Sequence record: NZ_CP012741.1
Strand: one strand, 5' to 3'
Source: a plasmid
DNA: 64,000 bases
Shown here: piece after piece, positions 38,830-49,576 of the stretch
Layout: each line of letters begins with the position of its first letter
How positions within the stretch are numbered: position 1 is the stretch's first letter
Program-made: the position numbers and the translations under genes
Notes under the pieces: generated by a model
Told to the model about the DNA's origin: nothing
Database searches by the model: none
Seen by the model: the letters and a program-made list of their open reading frames with translations, nothing else

Positions 38830-39660
38830 ATGGTCAGTACTAAGCCCTCCCCTACCCTCGCCAAATCGCAATACGATAAAGAATATCGGGCTAAGCGCAA
38901 AGAGCGTAAGCAAGCGCTGGTCGAGTTCCATCACGCGGTTCTGGCCGATAAGCGCGAGCAAGAGCCGAATTTTCAGATAGGTTTTACCGCGCGTCGATTG
39001 CTTCGTAGTGGTGACGTTGTCAATCTTCCGCATGAATACGCTTTTATTTTAAAAGGGTGTGAAGAGTTTATCGATAACCCACAGCGTTTTTCCTCCCTGT
39101 TTTCTTGGGGGGGCGAAGCAATTAATAATATCAGTTGCCGAACCCTGATTGCTAAAGTACTGGCGTGTCTCTTACCTTGCACTGATTTGATTGGTGGCCG
39201 GATTGGGACGCCGACCGAAGCAGGACTGAAAACCCTCAGCTATGACCAGCTTCAAGAAGATTATGCCTTGCGCTTTGGGGAGTTTATCGCCCCGAAATCC
39301 TTTGCAAAAGTCGTCACCTATCTCAAGCGCGCAGCGTACCTTCACACCGAGCGTATCAATGTGTGTGTGGATGAGGAAGAGGGCACAGTGCGCAGTGCGG
39401 CGGCTTACAAGCAACTGACCGAGGTATTCTTTCGGGATTTGAAAGTGGTGCGCTACCCAAACATTTGCGATCTCATCATCGCCACGCGTAAAAGAATGGA
39501 AAAGAAGGGACTCAACTTCAACTGGATGTCATTTCGTGCGATCGCTAACGGGATACAAGACATCTTTAATGCCAGCAAGCTTAATGAGTTCGCGCAAACC
39601 ACGTCGATGGTCTTCCGTGCCCACATGAGCGCTTCTCAGCTTTCTCTCTCTCCTCATTGA
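38830..39660 (+). CDS. repA: Replication initiator, IncFII RepA-like; start adjusted to MVSTKPSP
   Basis: Segmental resemblance to IncFII RepA1 (LIAKVLACLL...TEAGLKTL ~ AIDALLQGLC...ECGLATES; KRMEKKGLNFNWMSFRAIANGIQ ~ KQRKKQGLDTLGMDELIAKAWRF); AT-rich block downstream at 39890-39960. Confidence 0.5.
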   Translation: MVSTKPSPTLAKSQYDKEYRAKRKERKQALVEFHHAVLADKREQEPNFQIGFTARRLLRSGDVVNLPHEYAFILKGCEEFIDNPQRFSSLFSWGGEAINNISCRTLIAKVLACLLPCTDLIGGRIGTPTEAGLKTLSYDQLQEDYALRFGEFIAPKSFAKVVTYLKRAAYLHTERINVCVDEEEGTVRSAAAYKQLTEVFFRDLKVVRYPNICDLIIATRKRMEKKGLNFNWMSFRAIANGIQDIFNASKLNEFAQTTSMVFRAHMSASQLSLSPH

Positions 39661-39989
39661 CCTTCTGGGCTGGTATCCGCTTCACGGCGGAGGATAACGC
39701 ACGTCTGTAGTTCAGCGGTGCTCAAATTTCCACCAGTTTTACTCTTGTTTGTCCTGTCTTTTGTCTTACGATCGCCTTCGATTTTCCCTGTTTAACACGG
39801 AACGCGTCATTTTCTGTTTATCCACACAAAAGGTAGTGCAAGAAAATAGTTCAAGAAATAAGAGCAAGAAATGGGTAAAAAACTAGGCGGGTCTTATGTG
39901 TACTTCGTATTAGAACTACGTATAAAAATAAATATAGAAATAAATATTAAGAAAAGAATAAGAGCATCGCTTCGCTCAACAATACCCTC

Positions 39990-40297
39990 AGCCAGCATCA
40001 AGACAGAGTATTCACTTTAGTTCATTACACTTGCTGGCTGCGCTGAACCTTTCTTTTGTCATCCGACAGGAAACTATCGTGTTAATACGCATGAACCAGT
40101 GGAATAACACAAAAAGCCATATTAAAAATGGAAAGAATCACTGACCACATTTCCGCTTCGCGGGCCTAGCAAGGCAAAGGGGCAAATTTTGTACCGTTAC
40201 CTTAGTGGTTAACCATCACGCTAGGAGAAAGGTTTTACTCCCCTCTTACTCGCTGCGCGAGCGCGTTCTGGTATTCGTCGCACTGCGACTCATGAAA
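39990..40297 (+). repeat. Direct repeat DR1 (~308 bp), about 90% identical to 56782-57089
   Basis: Direct comparison; includes gccagca..tgctggc inverted motif and a divergent internal block. Confidence 0.75.
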
Positions 40298-40459
40298 TGA
40301 AAAAGTGACAGGACAATCGATCCAATTCGATCTGTGCAGATCTTTTGTGTGGCAAACCAATGGTGAAGAACATATATCAATTAACAAGGTTACACTGTAA
40401 CAAATGTGAGCTATAAAAATAGCGAAATGGATGGATTTCGCTATTAAAAAGAGAAGTGA

Positions 40460-41414
40460 TCAGTTGATCAGTGCTGACAGCTCTTGCTCTGACAAGCCTG
40501 TAGTTTCCGAGATCAACGCTTTATCGAGACCTGCGGCCAACATCTTTTTCGCGATAGCGACTTTGGCTTCTTGTTCACCTTCTTGACGGCCCTTTTGTAA
40601 ACCTTCTTGACGGCCCTTTTGTAAACCTTGCTGTAAACCTTGTTCGCGACCGCGCGCTTCTAATTGCTCTGCTACTGTCATGAATTTTTCCTCATGCTCT
40701 GGGACTTGCTTCGCCAAGGTTCGCATCAAATCTTCTAAATTCGACGTCTCCCCTACTCTCAGCAAATACTCCACTAAACTGTCTAACTGACTTGCTGTGA
40801 TTAAACGTTCTAACAACAGTGTAACCACTGTCTCTGTAAAATCCAATAAGTCTCTTTGTCGTACATGCTTTTGGACCAGCTCTAACAGTGCCACTCTCTT
40901 ATGCTGAATGATTTCATCATCCGGTATCACCGTTACATCCACCAAGGGAAAGTCCTGGCTATACAGAGCTTTCGCTATCTCAGGGTGGTCAAATTCATCC
41001 AGCCAATTGGTGCTGTATGGGTAAGGACTCGTTTGGCCATGATAGAACAGTAACGGCACCACTAAAGGGAGCGTCTCATTTCCCGCATCCAGGTGTTGTT
41101 TCATCGCTGCGATGGCATAACGCATCATCCGAAAGCCCATGTGTTTGTCTGGGCGACTTTGATGCTCGATGAGCGCATACACATACCCTACCCCACTTTC
41201 TGTTTCCATCGAGCACATCCGAATAATACGGCACTAACTCTTCTTCCAAAAATGAACTTGATTGGAGCTGGAGCGTATTGAGATTGCAGATTTTTTTGAT
41301 GTGCCCTGGTAAGTGTACATCGAGAAAGTCTCTCGCTGTATCTGGTACGGTCAGGAACGACTTAAACAATCCATCATGTATTGATGTTGGTGCCTTCACT
41401 GTACTTATCCCCAT
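40460..41414 (-). pseudogene. Rpn/YhgA-like (PDDEXK_7) recombination-promoting nuclease/transposase-like gene, frameshifted
   Basis: N-terminus HDGLFKSFLTVPDTARDFLDVHLP...YYSDVL in the frame of 41076-41414; the remainder, including the C-terminal QGLQKGRQEGLQKGRQEG repeats, in the frame of 40460-41218. Confidence 0.7.
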
Positions 41415-41515
41415 TTAATCTGGCGATACTATACCAACTACTCTTATTCGTATATAGCATACGTTTTCGTTCCATTGGGCTTCAGCCCCCTCATAGGAGG
41501 TAAAGTTTCCACAAT

Positions 41516-41620
41516 AAATGAGCTGTAATTTAAGTGTAATACATATGTATTATATAAATGTATTGACAAGCATTTCACTTTACGTAAGATGTGTATTACA
41601 CATGTAACACACGGATGAAT
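41516..41620. repeat. Centromere-like palindromic repeats upstream of parA (taatacatatgtatta; gtgtattacacatgtaacacac)
   Basis: GTATTAC / GTAATAC half-sites repeated. Confidence 0.5.
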
Positions 41621-41624
41621 TATA

Positions 41625-42395
41625 ATGAAAACAAAGATTATAGCCACTGCAAATCAAAAGGGAGGGGTTGGTAAAACCACGACCGTTATTAATCTAGGGG
41701 CTGAGCTAGCAAGACGGAAAAAGGTGCTTATTATTGACCTTGACCCGCAAGGAAACTGTTCAAAAACCTTAACTGCACAGCGTACTTTTCCATTTGAAGA
41801 AACTATAGCGGCTATGTTCGATAGACCAAAAGTTGTTTCGATAGCTGATTTGATTCGACCTGCTTTAGTACATAACTCTCAAATCGAGAACCTAGATCTG
41901 GTTCCTGCGGACTTCCAGTTGTCCCGTATCATTGAAACATCGCTGACCAAGATTAATCGTGAGCGTATCCTCGAAAAGCAATTAGCAAAGCTGGAGGGGA
42001 TTTATGACTTTGTTATTTTAGATACACCTCCGAATCTATCGCTTACAACGCTAAATGCTATTCAAGCATCCGATCTGATTTTGATTCCTGTCGATTCTGG
42101 TGCGTTTTCTCTGGATGGGATCTCTCCTCTTCTTGACGCTGTTTCTGAAATAAAAGACGAAGATGCACACTACCTTATATTGAGAAACGAGGTAGATTCT
42201 AGAAATTCGATCATTAATGAGTTTATTGATGAAGAGTTAGAAGTTGCACAAGATAGAGTACTACCTGTTTCTATTCGTAAATCAGAACATGTAGGCCAAG
42301 CTAATGCTGTTTCTGCTCCAGTGCGTTTCTATAAGTCAGGATCGCTAGTCAATAATGACTATCGCCAGTTAGCTCTATTTATTAATGATATGTAA
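41625..42395 (+). CDS. parA: ParA/Soj-family partition ATPase
   Basis: KGGVGKTTT Walker A; 256 aa. Confidence 0.85.
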   Translation: MKTKIIATANQKGGVGKTTTVINLGAELARRKKVLIIDLDPQGNCSKTLTAQRTFPFEETIAAMFDRPKVVSIADLIRPALVHNSQIENLDLVPADFQLSRIIETSLTKINRERILEKQLAKLEGIYDFVILDTPPNLSLTTLNAIQASDLILIPVDSGAFSLDGISPLLDAVSEIKDEDAHYLILRNEVDSRNSIINEFIDEELEVAQDRVLPVSIRKSEHVGQANAVSAPVRFYKSGSLVNNDYRQLALFINDM

Positions 42396-42411
42396 TACAT
42401 AGGTAATACAC

Positions 42412-42711
42412 ATGAGTAGGCTAAAAAATCATGGAGCTAGTACATCTATATCCGAATTTAACAATAAGGATAGAGGTAAACAGAGTGGAATCACCACAGT
42501 TAAGAAAAAGGTTACCACTTCATACAAAATCCCCCCTTTGACACTAAGAATGTCTCTCTCAGATAAGAAAGCCATTGGCGATTGGGTGGATGAATTGCAA
42601 GAGCTATCAGAGCGAAATGTCTCTGCCGCCAAGCTGTTTCGAGCGTTAGTCTCATATCGAGATAAGATAGATAATGAAGAGTTGATCGAACTTATTAATA
42701 AAATGAATTGA
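42412..42711 (+). CDS. Small partition adaptor / DNA-binding protein (ParB/ParG-like, 99 aa)
   Basis: Immediately downstream of parA; basic N-terminus. Confidence 0.5.
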   Translation: MSRLKNHGASTSISEFNNKDRGKQSGITTVKKKVTTSYKIPPLTLRMSLSDKKAIGDWVDELQELSERNVSAAKLFRALVSYRDKIDNEELIELINKMN

Positions 42712-42805
42712 TGTGTATTACCTATGTATTACATTGTCGCTATGCTGGTTTCTTAGTAATATGATTACGGTTTTTAGTGTATTACATGTGTAATACACGT
42801 ATTTT
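42707..42805. repeat. Downstream copies of the GTATTAC palindromes (tgtgtattacctatgtattaca; gtgtattacatgtgtaatacac)
   Basis: Same motif as the upstream cluster. Confidence 0.5.
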
Positions 42806-42927
42806 AAAATATTTCAAACTTGCACTGATATCTGTTTGTTTGTTGGGGTAGATTAGATACATACTGTTAAATGAGTGATAGCTAATTAAAAGGCTTGGGT
42901 ATTCGCCAAGCCTTTGGTATGTAATTA

Positions 42928-43287
42928 TTACTGACACCCTTCTTTTGTCTGATTAGACGATTTGATGAGCTCTGTCATATAGATTAAACCAACCGTTTCT
43001 TCTTCAAAGCCTACTGCTTTTCGGTTTTCTGGAAATCCTGAAAACAGTACATAGATTTCCTGATACGGCTCTCCGACCTTTTGAGCTTTTGCTAGTGAAG
43101 CTTGCTCAATGATCTCCATTTGTTTTTGTTCACCATTTAACCAAAAAGTTTCGTTTGTTCCACATGAGCGAAAATCAGAAACTTCACTCCCATATGTAAA
43201 ATATCCTTCATATTGCTGTTTGTTGGAGATTGAACAACCGGATACTAAAAGTAATGCTATGAATAGTATTGTATTTGATAGTTTCAT
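42928..43287 (-). CDS. Small lipoprotein (LLVSGCS lipobox); start adjusted to MKLSNT
   Basis: SD aaaggga; the track ORF overlaps the resolvase 3' end. Confidence 0.5.
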   Translation of the reverse strand: MKLSNTILFIALLLVSGCSISNKQQYEGYFTYGSEVSDFRSCGTNETFWLNGEQKQMEIIEQASLAKAQKVGEPYQEIYVLFSGFPENRKAVGFEEETVGLIYMTELIKSSNQTKEGCQ

Positions 43288-43303
43288 TATTAATCCCTTT
43301 AAT

Positions 43304-43921
43304 TTACAACTTTGTTTTCGATAATTTTTGTACAGCTGCAATGGTTGAGCGGCTACATCCTAAGAGTGATTGCACTTGCGACCAGCTCTTGCCTTCTGCA
43401 AGTAAAAGCTGAATGTTTTCTCTCAACTTAACGTTTGGTTTTCGCCCCTGGTATTTTCCTAACGCTTTGGCTTTCTCTATCCCTTGAGCTTGGCGTTTTT
43501 TTCTTGTTTCGTAATCATCCCTTGCCATTGCTGCCGCTAAATCAACCATGAATTCGGTGAGTACCCTAGAAATCATGGATGTTTGTTGATCAGTATGAGT
43601 TAGCACTGCGTGAGTCATTGGTTGATCGAGAACGACTATATTGATACCAGCTTCGACGAGTTGTTGTTTGAGTTCTTTCCACTGGTCATAGGGTAGGCGA
43701 GATAGACGGTCAACTTTTTCAATGAGTAACACATCCCCTCTATGAGAGTCATCAATCAAACGCGATAATTCAGCTCTTTCTAATTTAGTCCCTGATAAAT
43801 ATTCAGTATAAAAACTTGCAATGCGTACGTTGTTTTTATTAGCGAAAGTTTGGAGTTCACTTTTTGCTCGATCAGCATGTTGGTCTGTTGTTGAAGCTCG
43901 TAAATAGGCTCTTATAAACAT
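43304..43921 (-). CDS. Serine recombinase (resolvase/invertase family)
   Basis: N-terminal catalytic domain (RASTTDQ ... VDRLSR); C-terminal HTH. Confidence 0.8.
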   Translation of the reverse strand: MFIRAYLRASTTDQHADRAKSELQTFANKNNVRIASFYTEYLSGTKLERAELSRLIDDSHRGDVLLIEKVDRLSRLPYDQWKELKQQLVEAGINIVVLDQPMTHAVLTHTDQQTSMISRVLTEFMVDLAAAMARDDYETRKKRQAQGIEKAKALGKYQGRKPNVKLRENIQLLLAEGKSWSQVQSLLGCSRSTIAAVQKLSKTKL

Positions 43922-44097
43922 AGTTGCTTACTGTTGGTTCGGTTTGAGTATGGTTTTGTATTTTGGTGTGCGTAGGGTTGTAAATCAATACTTATCGAAC
44001 CAAAGTTAGGTCATGGTTTGGTGGTTTGCATAAGGTATACCTCACTCAAACCAATTCAGATATGCAACCAACCCTCTCGATGAATCAGCATTAGCTA

Positions 44098-44270
44098 CCT
44101 ATCAAAACATTGGATTTGATAGGTAATGCCTATATAGCTCGTTAAGGTCATTTTTTAGACAAAGTAGCCCTCACTAAATTAGTACCATCTTAATAACTAA
44201 AAAAAAAACTCCTATCAATTTGTATACTTTTTGATAGTTCGTGAAATTATCTATCAAAAGTACTATTATA
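44098..44270. promoter_or_regulatory. Candidate res/crossover subsites with TGATAG half-sites (cctatcaaaacattggatttgatagg at 44098-44123; ctatcaatttgtatactttttgatag at 44212-44237)
   Basis: Inverted 7-8-bp half-sites at resolvase-typical spacing between two divergent recombinase genes. Confidence 0.5.
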
Positions 44271-44308
44271 AATGCCAAATCAAAATATCTTAGAGTTATT
44301 GATAGATT

Positions 44309-44911
44309 ATGGAGAAAATCGGATACGCTCGAGTGAGCTCTACTGGTCAAAGTTTAGACGTTCAATTGGAAAAACTAAATCATGTAGGTTGTCAACGCAT
44401 TTACCAAGAAAAAAGAAGTGGTCGAACCTCTAACCGACCAGAATTTCAATCTTGTATGAATTATCTTCGAGAGGGAGATACGTTAGTCATCACTCGATTA
44501 GATCGCCTTGCTCGATCTGTTGTCCATCTGGCACAACTCGCTAAACGTTTTGAGCAAGAAAAAATTAACTTAATCGTCATTGATCAAAATATCGATACCA
44601 GCACATCAACTGGTAGATTGATGTTTAACATGTTGGCATCCATTGCTGAGTTCGAAAATGATTTACGAACTGAGCGGCAAGCCGAAGGTATTGCCAAAGC
44701 AAAAGAGAACGGCGTGAAGTTTGGGCGCCCAGCAAAACTTAACGAGCAAATATGCCATGCAATACGTACTCGTCGAAATGAAGGGGCAACCATAGGTCAA
44801 ATTGCGAAAGAATTTAACCTAGGAGAGGCGACAATTTATCGGGCGTTAAAAATAGCAATAACAAAAGAGTGTGAACCACATACTCCATCTGGTGAAACTG
44901 GTGCTTTCTAA
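44309..44911 (+). CDS. Serine recombinase (resolvase/invertase, Hin/TnpR-like)
   Basis: IGYARVSSTGQSLDVQ catalytic-Ser motif; C-terminal HTH GATIGQIAKEFNLGEATIYRAL. Confidence 0.85.
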   Translation: MEKIGYARVSSTGQSLDVQLEKLNHVGCQRIYQEKRSGRTSNRPEFQSCMNYLREGDTLVITRLDRLARSVVHLAQLAKRFEQEKINLIVIDQNIDTSTSTGRLMFNMLASIAEFENDLRTERQAEGIAKAKENGVKFGRPAKLNEQICHAIRTRRNEGATIGQIAKEFNLGEATIYRALKIAITKECEPHTPSGETGAF

Positions 44912-45076
44912 ATTGGAATTGCCCTAAATTAATTCACGGTAAAGACTCATACTCTGTCTATTATTATGTACCTTGGCACCTTTTGAAGTCAGTCATGCAG
45001 CACAACATATTAGAAAAGTGACACTAGAGTGCCTGAATTCTTAAATTTTGCAATAGAGCCCCAAATTACGGTAACT

Positions 45077-47302
45077 CTATAACTTAACTTCAAGTCCAAT
45101 TTTCCAGTTTATGCCAGGGGCAGTAAATCTATTTAAGCCAAGTCCATCCTGATCTACCATGTTGGTAGAACCGAACTTTGGTATGCTACGTACTGAATCC
45201 CAGGTCTTGTATTTTTTATCCAAGATATTAAAAATGCCTGCGTTCATAGTGAAGTTTTTAGTTATTCTGTAGTTTGCGATTAAGTCAAGCAGAAAGACGC
45301 TGTCGTTAACGTAGCCCCACTCTTTTCCATCTCGGATGGTATCTTCCGCTTTCTTCTCACTTATATACATTGAACGCAAATTCAAATCATAGTTATTGGA
45401 GACGTATTTAAAGCTGCCATTGACCTGCCAAGGTTGTACACTAATTAATGAATCACCATCGCTGCCCTTACCCTTACTGTAGTTAAACGCGGAATTGAAC
45501 CAAAGTTGATTGTCTAAAAGCAAATATGTCGATAGATCCACTTTGAATCTCAGATCGATGCCGTAAATGTATGCAGAGTCAACGTTTTTGTACTGGAGAT
45601 GATTTTGTTCGAGGTACTTCTTTGGGAAAGTAATTGGATCATACCATGGGTTAGGCACCAGTTTTTGCTCTGCTTTCAAGTCGATAAAATCTTTGTAAGT
45701 TGTATAAAATGGACTAACCGACCAAGCAAGATCCTCTTTGCTATATCGAATGAGTATTTCATTAGTGATCCCCTTCTCATCCTTTAGATCGGGGTTTGGC
45801 TCAACTCTATTGGCGGCAATTTCGTTACCATAAGAAAAATACAGTTCATTTGGGTTAGGTGCTCTAAATCCAGAACTGACTTTATATGACAATCGCAAAG
45901 GATCGTTTACCTGTAAATCATATCTCACTGAAGCACTAATTCCATCAAAACTAGTATCTTCCGGTTTGGGGAAAGACTTACTGTAATGAGGTGTCGATAT
46001 TGATTTTCCGTTAGTTTTCACTTTGTTTCTATAGTTGTCGTACCTTACGCCCATCGAAAACGTTTGAAAGTCAGAAACATCAAACTCATTTAGATAAGCA
46101 AAGTGATAATGTTTCGTATCCACTGGCTCAATAATACTATTATTTGTAACGTAAGTTTTATTCAGGAATAAAATATCCGTATTATTATTTTCAAAGCTTT
46201 TTTTATTGAACCCGTAAATCAATGTTTGTGTAAACGGTAATGATATAACGTTCATCTTAGAAAATTCAAAATTCTGATTGAATCCAATCGATTTTTGGTC
46301 TTGAGAACGGTCGTATATTTGTTCTAATTCATTATTATCAAATTTATAAACAGAGCTTATTTTTTTTTGTTTTATTTCCTGGTAAAAGATTTTTGTGTCA
46401 ATATTTTGTATGTATTTACCATCTTTATCATAATTCCAATCTATAGAGTATCTCGTTCGTTCTCCTTCACTAGTATATAGCCTATGGTTAAACCCAAATA
46501 ACTCCCACGAACGTTCATCAACAAACTTATCAACAGAGAAGTTTTCGTAAGTTAATTTCAAAATATGATTATCGTTAAGTATGATATTTGACTTTACTAA
46601 AATATTGTCAGATTTTTTTCGGAGTGGATCAGGTTTCGAACGTGCTTTTCCATAAATATCATAACCACTATCTTTCGTCTTTTGCTCACGTCCTTTTGTA
46701 TATGTATACAGGAGCAGTAAGTCACCGTAATCTTGCTGCAGAGCAATACCTGAAGTCGTTTTAAACTCCGAGCGACTACTACTGTAAATAGTCTTATTAT
46801 ACAAACCGAAATCCTTATTAGATGAAATAAGATCACTCGCCTCTTTGGTTTCGTAAGACACTGCACCACCTAAACTACCGGAACCGGTGAAGAGAGAATC
46901 AGTCCCTTTGTTAATATTGACAGTTTTAACAGAATCCAATTCTATTTCATTAATCGAACCATCGAAATATCCGTATCCAACGTAAATGTCATTTTCGAAG
47001 GTTTCACCTTGATGGATACCATCTACAAGAATTGCGACCCTGTCCTGTTCGACACCTCGAATATTGAATCCACTTGTTCCAGAGTTAGATTTTTGGACAA
47101 CACTAACCCCAGGTTCATTACTCACAAGGTCATTTACATCTGACACTAAATTAGCATTGATTTCATCTTGTCCAATGCTAACATCAGACTCCTTTAAAAC
47201 AGCATCTTTCGCACCTAAAACTAAAACTTCGGAAAATTGACTGACATCTTCTGCATAAAGATTAAAACTCAAAGGCACTAAAATAAATAATAAACTTTTC
47301 AT
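45077..47302 (-). CDS. TonB-dependent outer-membrane haem/haemoglobin receptor (FRAP/NPNL family); low GC
   Basis: Plug domain; FRAPNPNEL motif; start adjusted to MKSLLFILVPLSFNLYA signal peptide. Confidence 0.8.
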   Translation of the reverse strand: MKSLLFILVPLSFNLYAEDVSQFSEVLVLGAKDAVLKESDVSIGQDEINANLVSDVNDLVSNEPGVSVVQKSNSGTSGFNIRGVEQDRVAILVDGIHQGETFENDIYVGYGYFDGSINEIELDSVKTVNINKGTDSLFTGSGSLGGAVSYETKEASDLISSNKDFGLYNKTIYSSSRSEFKTTSGIALQQDYGDLLLLYTYTKGREQKTKDSGYDIYGKARSKPDPLRKKSDNILVKSNIILNDNHILKLTYENFSVDKFVDERSWELFGFNHRLYTSEGERTRYSIDWNYDKDGKYIQNIDTKIFYQEIKQKKISSVYKFDNNELEQIYDRSQDQKSIGFNQNFEFSKMNVISLPFTQTLIYGFNKKSFENNNTDILFLNKTYVTNNSIIEPVDTKHYHFAYLNEFDVSDFQTFSMGVRYDNYRNKVKTNGKSISTPHYSKSFPKPEDTSFDGISASVRYDLQVNDPLRLSYKVSSGFRAPNPNELYFSYGNEIAANRVEPNPDLKDEKGITNEILIRYSKEDLAWSVSPFYTTYKDFIDLKAEQKLVPNPWYDPITFPKKYLEQNHLQYKNVDSAYIYGIDLRFKVDLSTYLLLDNQLWFNSAFNYSKGKGSDGDSLISVQPWQVNGSFKYVSNNYDLNLRSMYISEKKAEDTIRDGKEWGYVNDSVFLLDLIANYRITKNFTMNAGIFNILDKKYKTWDSVRSIPKFGSTNMVDQDGLGLNRFTAPGINWKIGLEVKL

Positions 47303-47546
47303 TAAATTTCTGACATCTATCTTCAAAAAAAGAAGTTTTTAGACGTCCTCCTCATTTATAAAATTAGTATTTAGATACGAAACCGAAACCGCGTAATTTC
47401 GTACGGATTATATCAAACTATTAAATACTTTATTATGGAAATATTACTTAAACCTAAATATTAATGATATAGTATATGGTTATAATTAAACCATTAAATA
47501 AAGTCTTATTTAAAGGCGAGAAACACAATAAAATTTCAACTGTTAT

Positions 47547-48161
47547 GTCGTTCTAGCCTCAATGTTGTTACATTATCCCTTCCCCCGATTAAGACTCATC
47601 AACGACTATTATTTATACAAATAAAGCATTGATCCATTTAACAAATGTTAACATCTAGCAGTGTTATGACTATGACGCCGTCATATTGGCATAGTTATGC
47701 CAATCAATCAATAATGATTATCATTATCACTATTGTTTAAATGCGGCTTTTTGCGTAAGTTTAACTAGTTTGTGCATTGTAATTTTTTAGGCTTTGATGT
47801 GATGGACACTCCTCCCTTCCAGCTCCGATGTACCAAACTAATGGTGCAACCAGTAAGAACAGGAGTAATAATCATGTCGATTAAATCACTGCGGAGTCAT
47901 TTACCGTTAGCGATTGAAGATGCTGAGAATCAGTTGTCTCATGTTATGAGAAGTTTGCTTTAAACGCCGTACTGTAACCTTATCAATACCAGCGACGAAA
48001 TTGATGAAGTTACTCAAAGCATAACCAGATTGAGCCAACAAAATCCAAGGTGTGAGGCAGTTAAGAATATCCCTGGTTTTGGTCCGACTTTGACTGCTGC
48101 AATTGTTAATGAAGTAGGCTCTGGCAAATAGTTTCAAAATGGTCGGTAATTCTCAGCTTGG
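47547..48161 (+). mobile_element. 3' half of an IS110-family element (degraded transposase C-terminus ...NIPGFGPTLTAAIVNEVGSGK*, then FQNGR*FSAW) forming inverted repeat A
   Basis: ~615 bp, inverted-identical to 50979-51592. Confidence 0.65.
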
Positions 48162-48371
48162 CGTGTTTTATCAACCGGCTTTGAATAGACAGTGAGGAGC
48201 GGATTACATCATGGCGCTGGTCTGTTATTGACCTAGATAGACGTCGGATATATGTTAGCGACCGTACCATTCAATTAGCAATTACAGCCAGAGGTTCGTC
48301 CATATATGTTGCTTAAATCGATGGAACTAAATCAAGAAGCCACGATCTGATCGGTTACTCTCATCAGTCGT

Positions 48372-48551
48372 CATAGCCTCATGCCTAAAGCTCGTTACAA
48401 AACAACCAACTGGAAGCAGTACAATCCAGCCTTAATCAACCGTGGTTCTCTGACCTTTTGGATTGATGAGGAAGTGATCGCTGAGTGGAAACAAAGCACG
48501 CGGCTTGGGCATGGATCATGCGATATTACAACGCTAGATACAAGAAAACTC
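48372..48551 (+). pseudogene. IS5-family (IS903-group) transposase N-terminal fragment
   Basis: MPKARYKTTNWKQYNPALINRGSLTFWIDEE... matches the IS903-type N-terminus; truncated after 59 codons. Confidence 0.6.
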
Positions 48552-49189
48552 CCTAACTAGAAAGGACATTCAGACGGCAGAAACATCCAGTCTTACCTTC
48601 ATAGCGCACCGGCGAAAACTACGTGAAAATCAAGGGCATTTGGTGTACCTGTATCCCATCTGTGAGCCGTTCTATGTGTTCGCAGGCTAATTGTATCTAA
48701 TAAATAGGCTCGTCCCGCGATTTTTCAAACTTTACGACACTACCTTTTTTGTGATAATCCACGACCCAAAGCACACAATTGCTTCATTAGCTTACTAACA
48801 TCTTTGCGCCAAATTACGAGTGCATGTCTTGGTAAGTTCCAAGCTTCAAAAAAAGTTGCTTATGAAGATTTATGGGAAATTACGACCATAAAGAAGAAGT
48901 TGCACTAAGCGAGGATAAAACACGATCATGAATATGCGAAGTGCAACTAAACTCATAATAGAGTAAGAAATGCAACTTGCCAAGAACAACCTTATCCCTT
49001 CTATACAATATCCCAGAGAGGACATTTTAACATGGGATTGGCAGATTTTTGATCGGTTGAGCATCATTCATATTTTAGGACTGATGCCCGTTTTGCTGGT
49101 GCAGAGCAACTAAAATATTGACCATGAAAGAAAACCTCTAATTTTCCGGTCGCTACTTATTTGTATTTATTGTTCATAGGAATTTCTCC

Positions 49190-49576
49190 ATGAAAAAACT
49201 AAAAATCACGCTTCTGACATTATGCTCTATTTTTGCAACTCCTGCTTTTTCGGATATAAGCGTGCATGTTTTGGACACCAATAGAGGATTACCAGGTACT
49301 GGCATTGAGGTTCATTTGTTTGAGAAGGTGGATGCTGAATGGAAGCTTTTGGCAACAAAGACGACAGGTAAAGATGGACGTATTAAGCATTTTGATATCG
49401 GTGAAGGTAAAGAATACCGAGCTGTATTTAATGTTGATTCATTCTTTAAGGGACAAAAAGTAGAATCGTTTTATAGAAGTATTCCTGTTGATTTTAAAGT
49501 AGAGGATAAAAAAGCGCATTACCACATACCGTTGCTGTTAAGTCCTTATGCTTATTCAACATACCGTGGTAATTAA
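49190..49576 (+). CDS. Periplasmic transthyretin-like protein / 5-hydroxyisourate hydrolase family
   Basis: Signal peptide; HVLDTNRGLPGTGIEVHL; C-terminal YRGN (family YRGS tetrapeptide). Confidence 0.7.
   Translation: MKKLKITLLTLCSIFATPAFSDISVHVLDTNRGLPGTGIEVHLFEKVDAEWKLLATKTTGKDGRIKHFDIGEGKEYRAVFNVDSFFKGQKVESFYRSIPVDFKVEDKKAHYHIPLLLSPYAYSTYRGN

Noticed and set aside
38749-39033. 94-aa minus ORF
   Set aside because: Antisense to the repA 5' region; no SD.
47772-47963. 63-aa ORFs duplicated in the inverted repeats (also 51176-51367)
   Set aside because: They lie inside degraded IS110 transposase remnants and are not independent genes.
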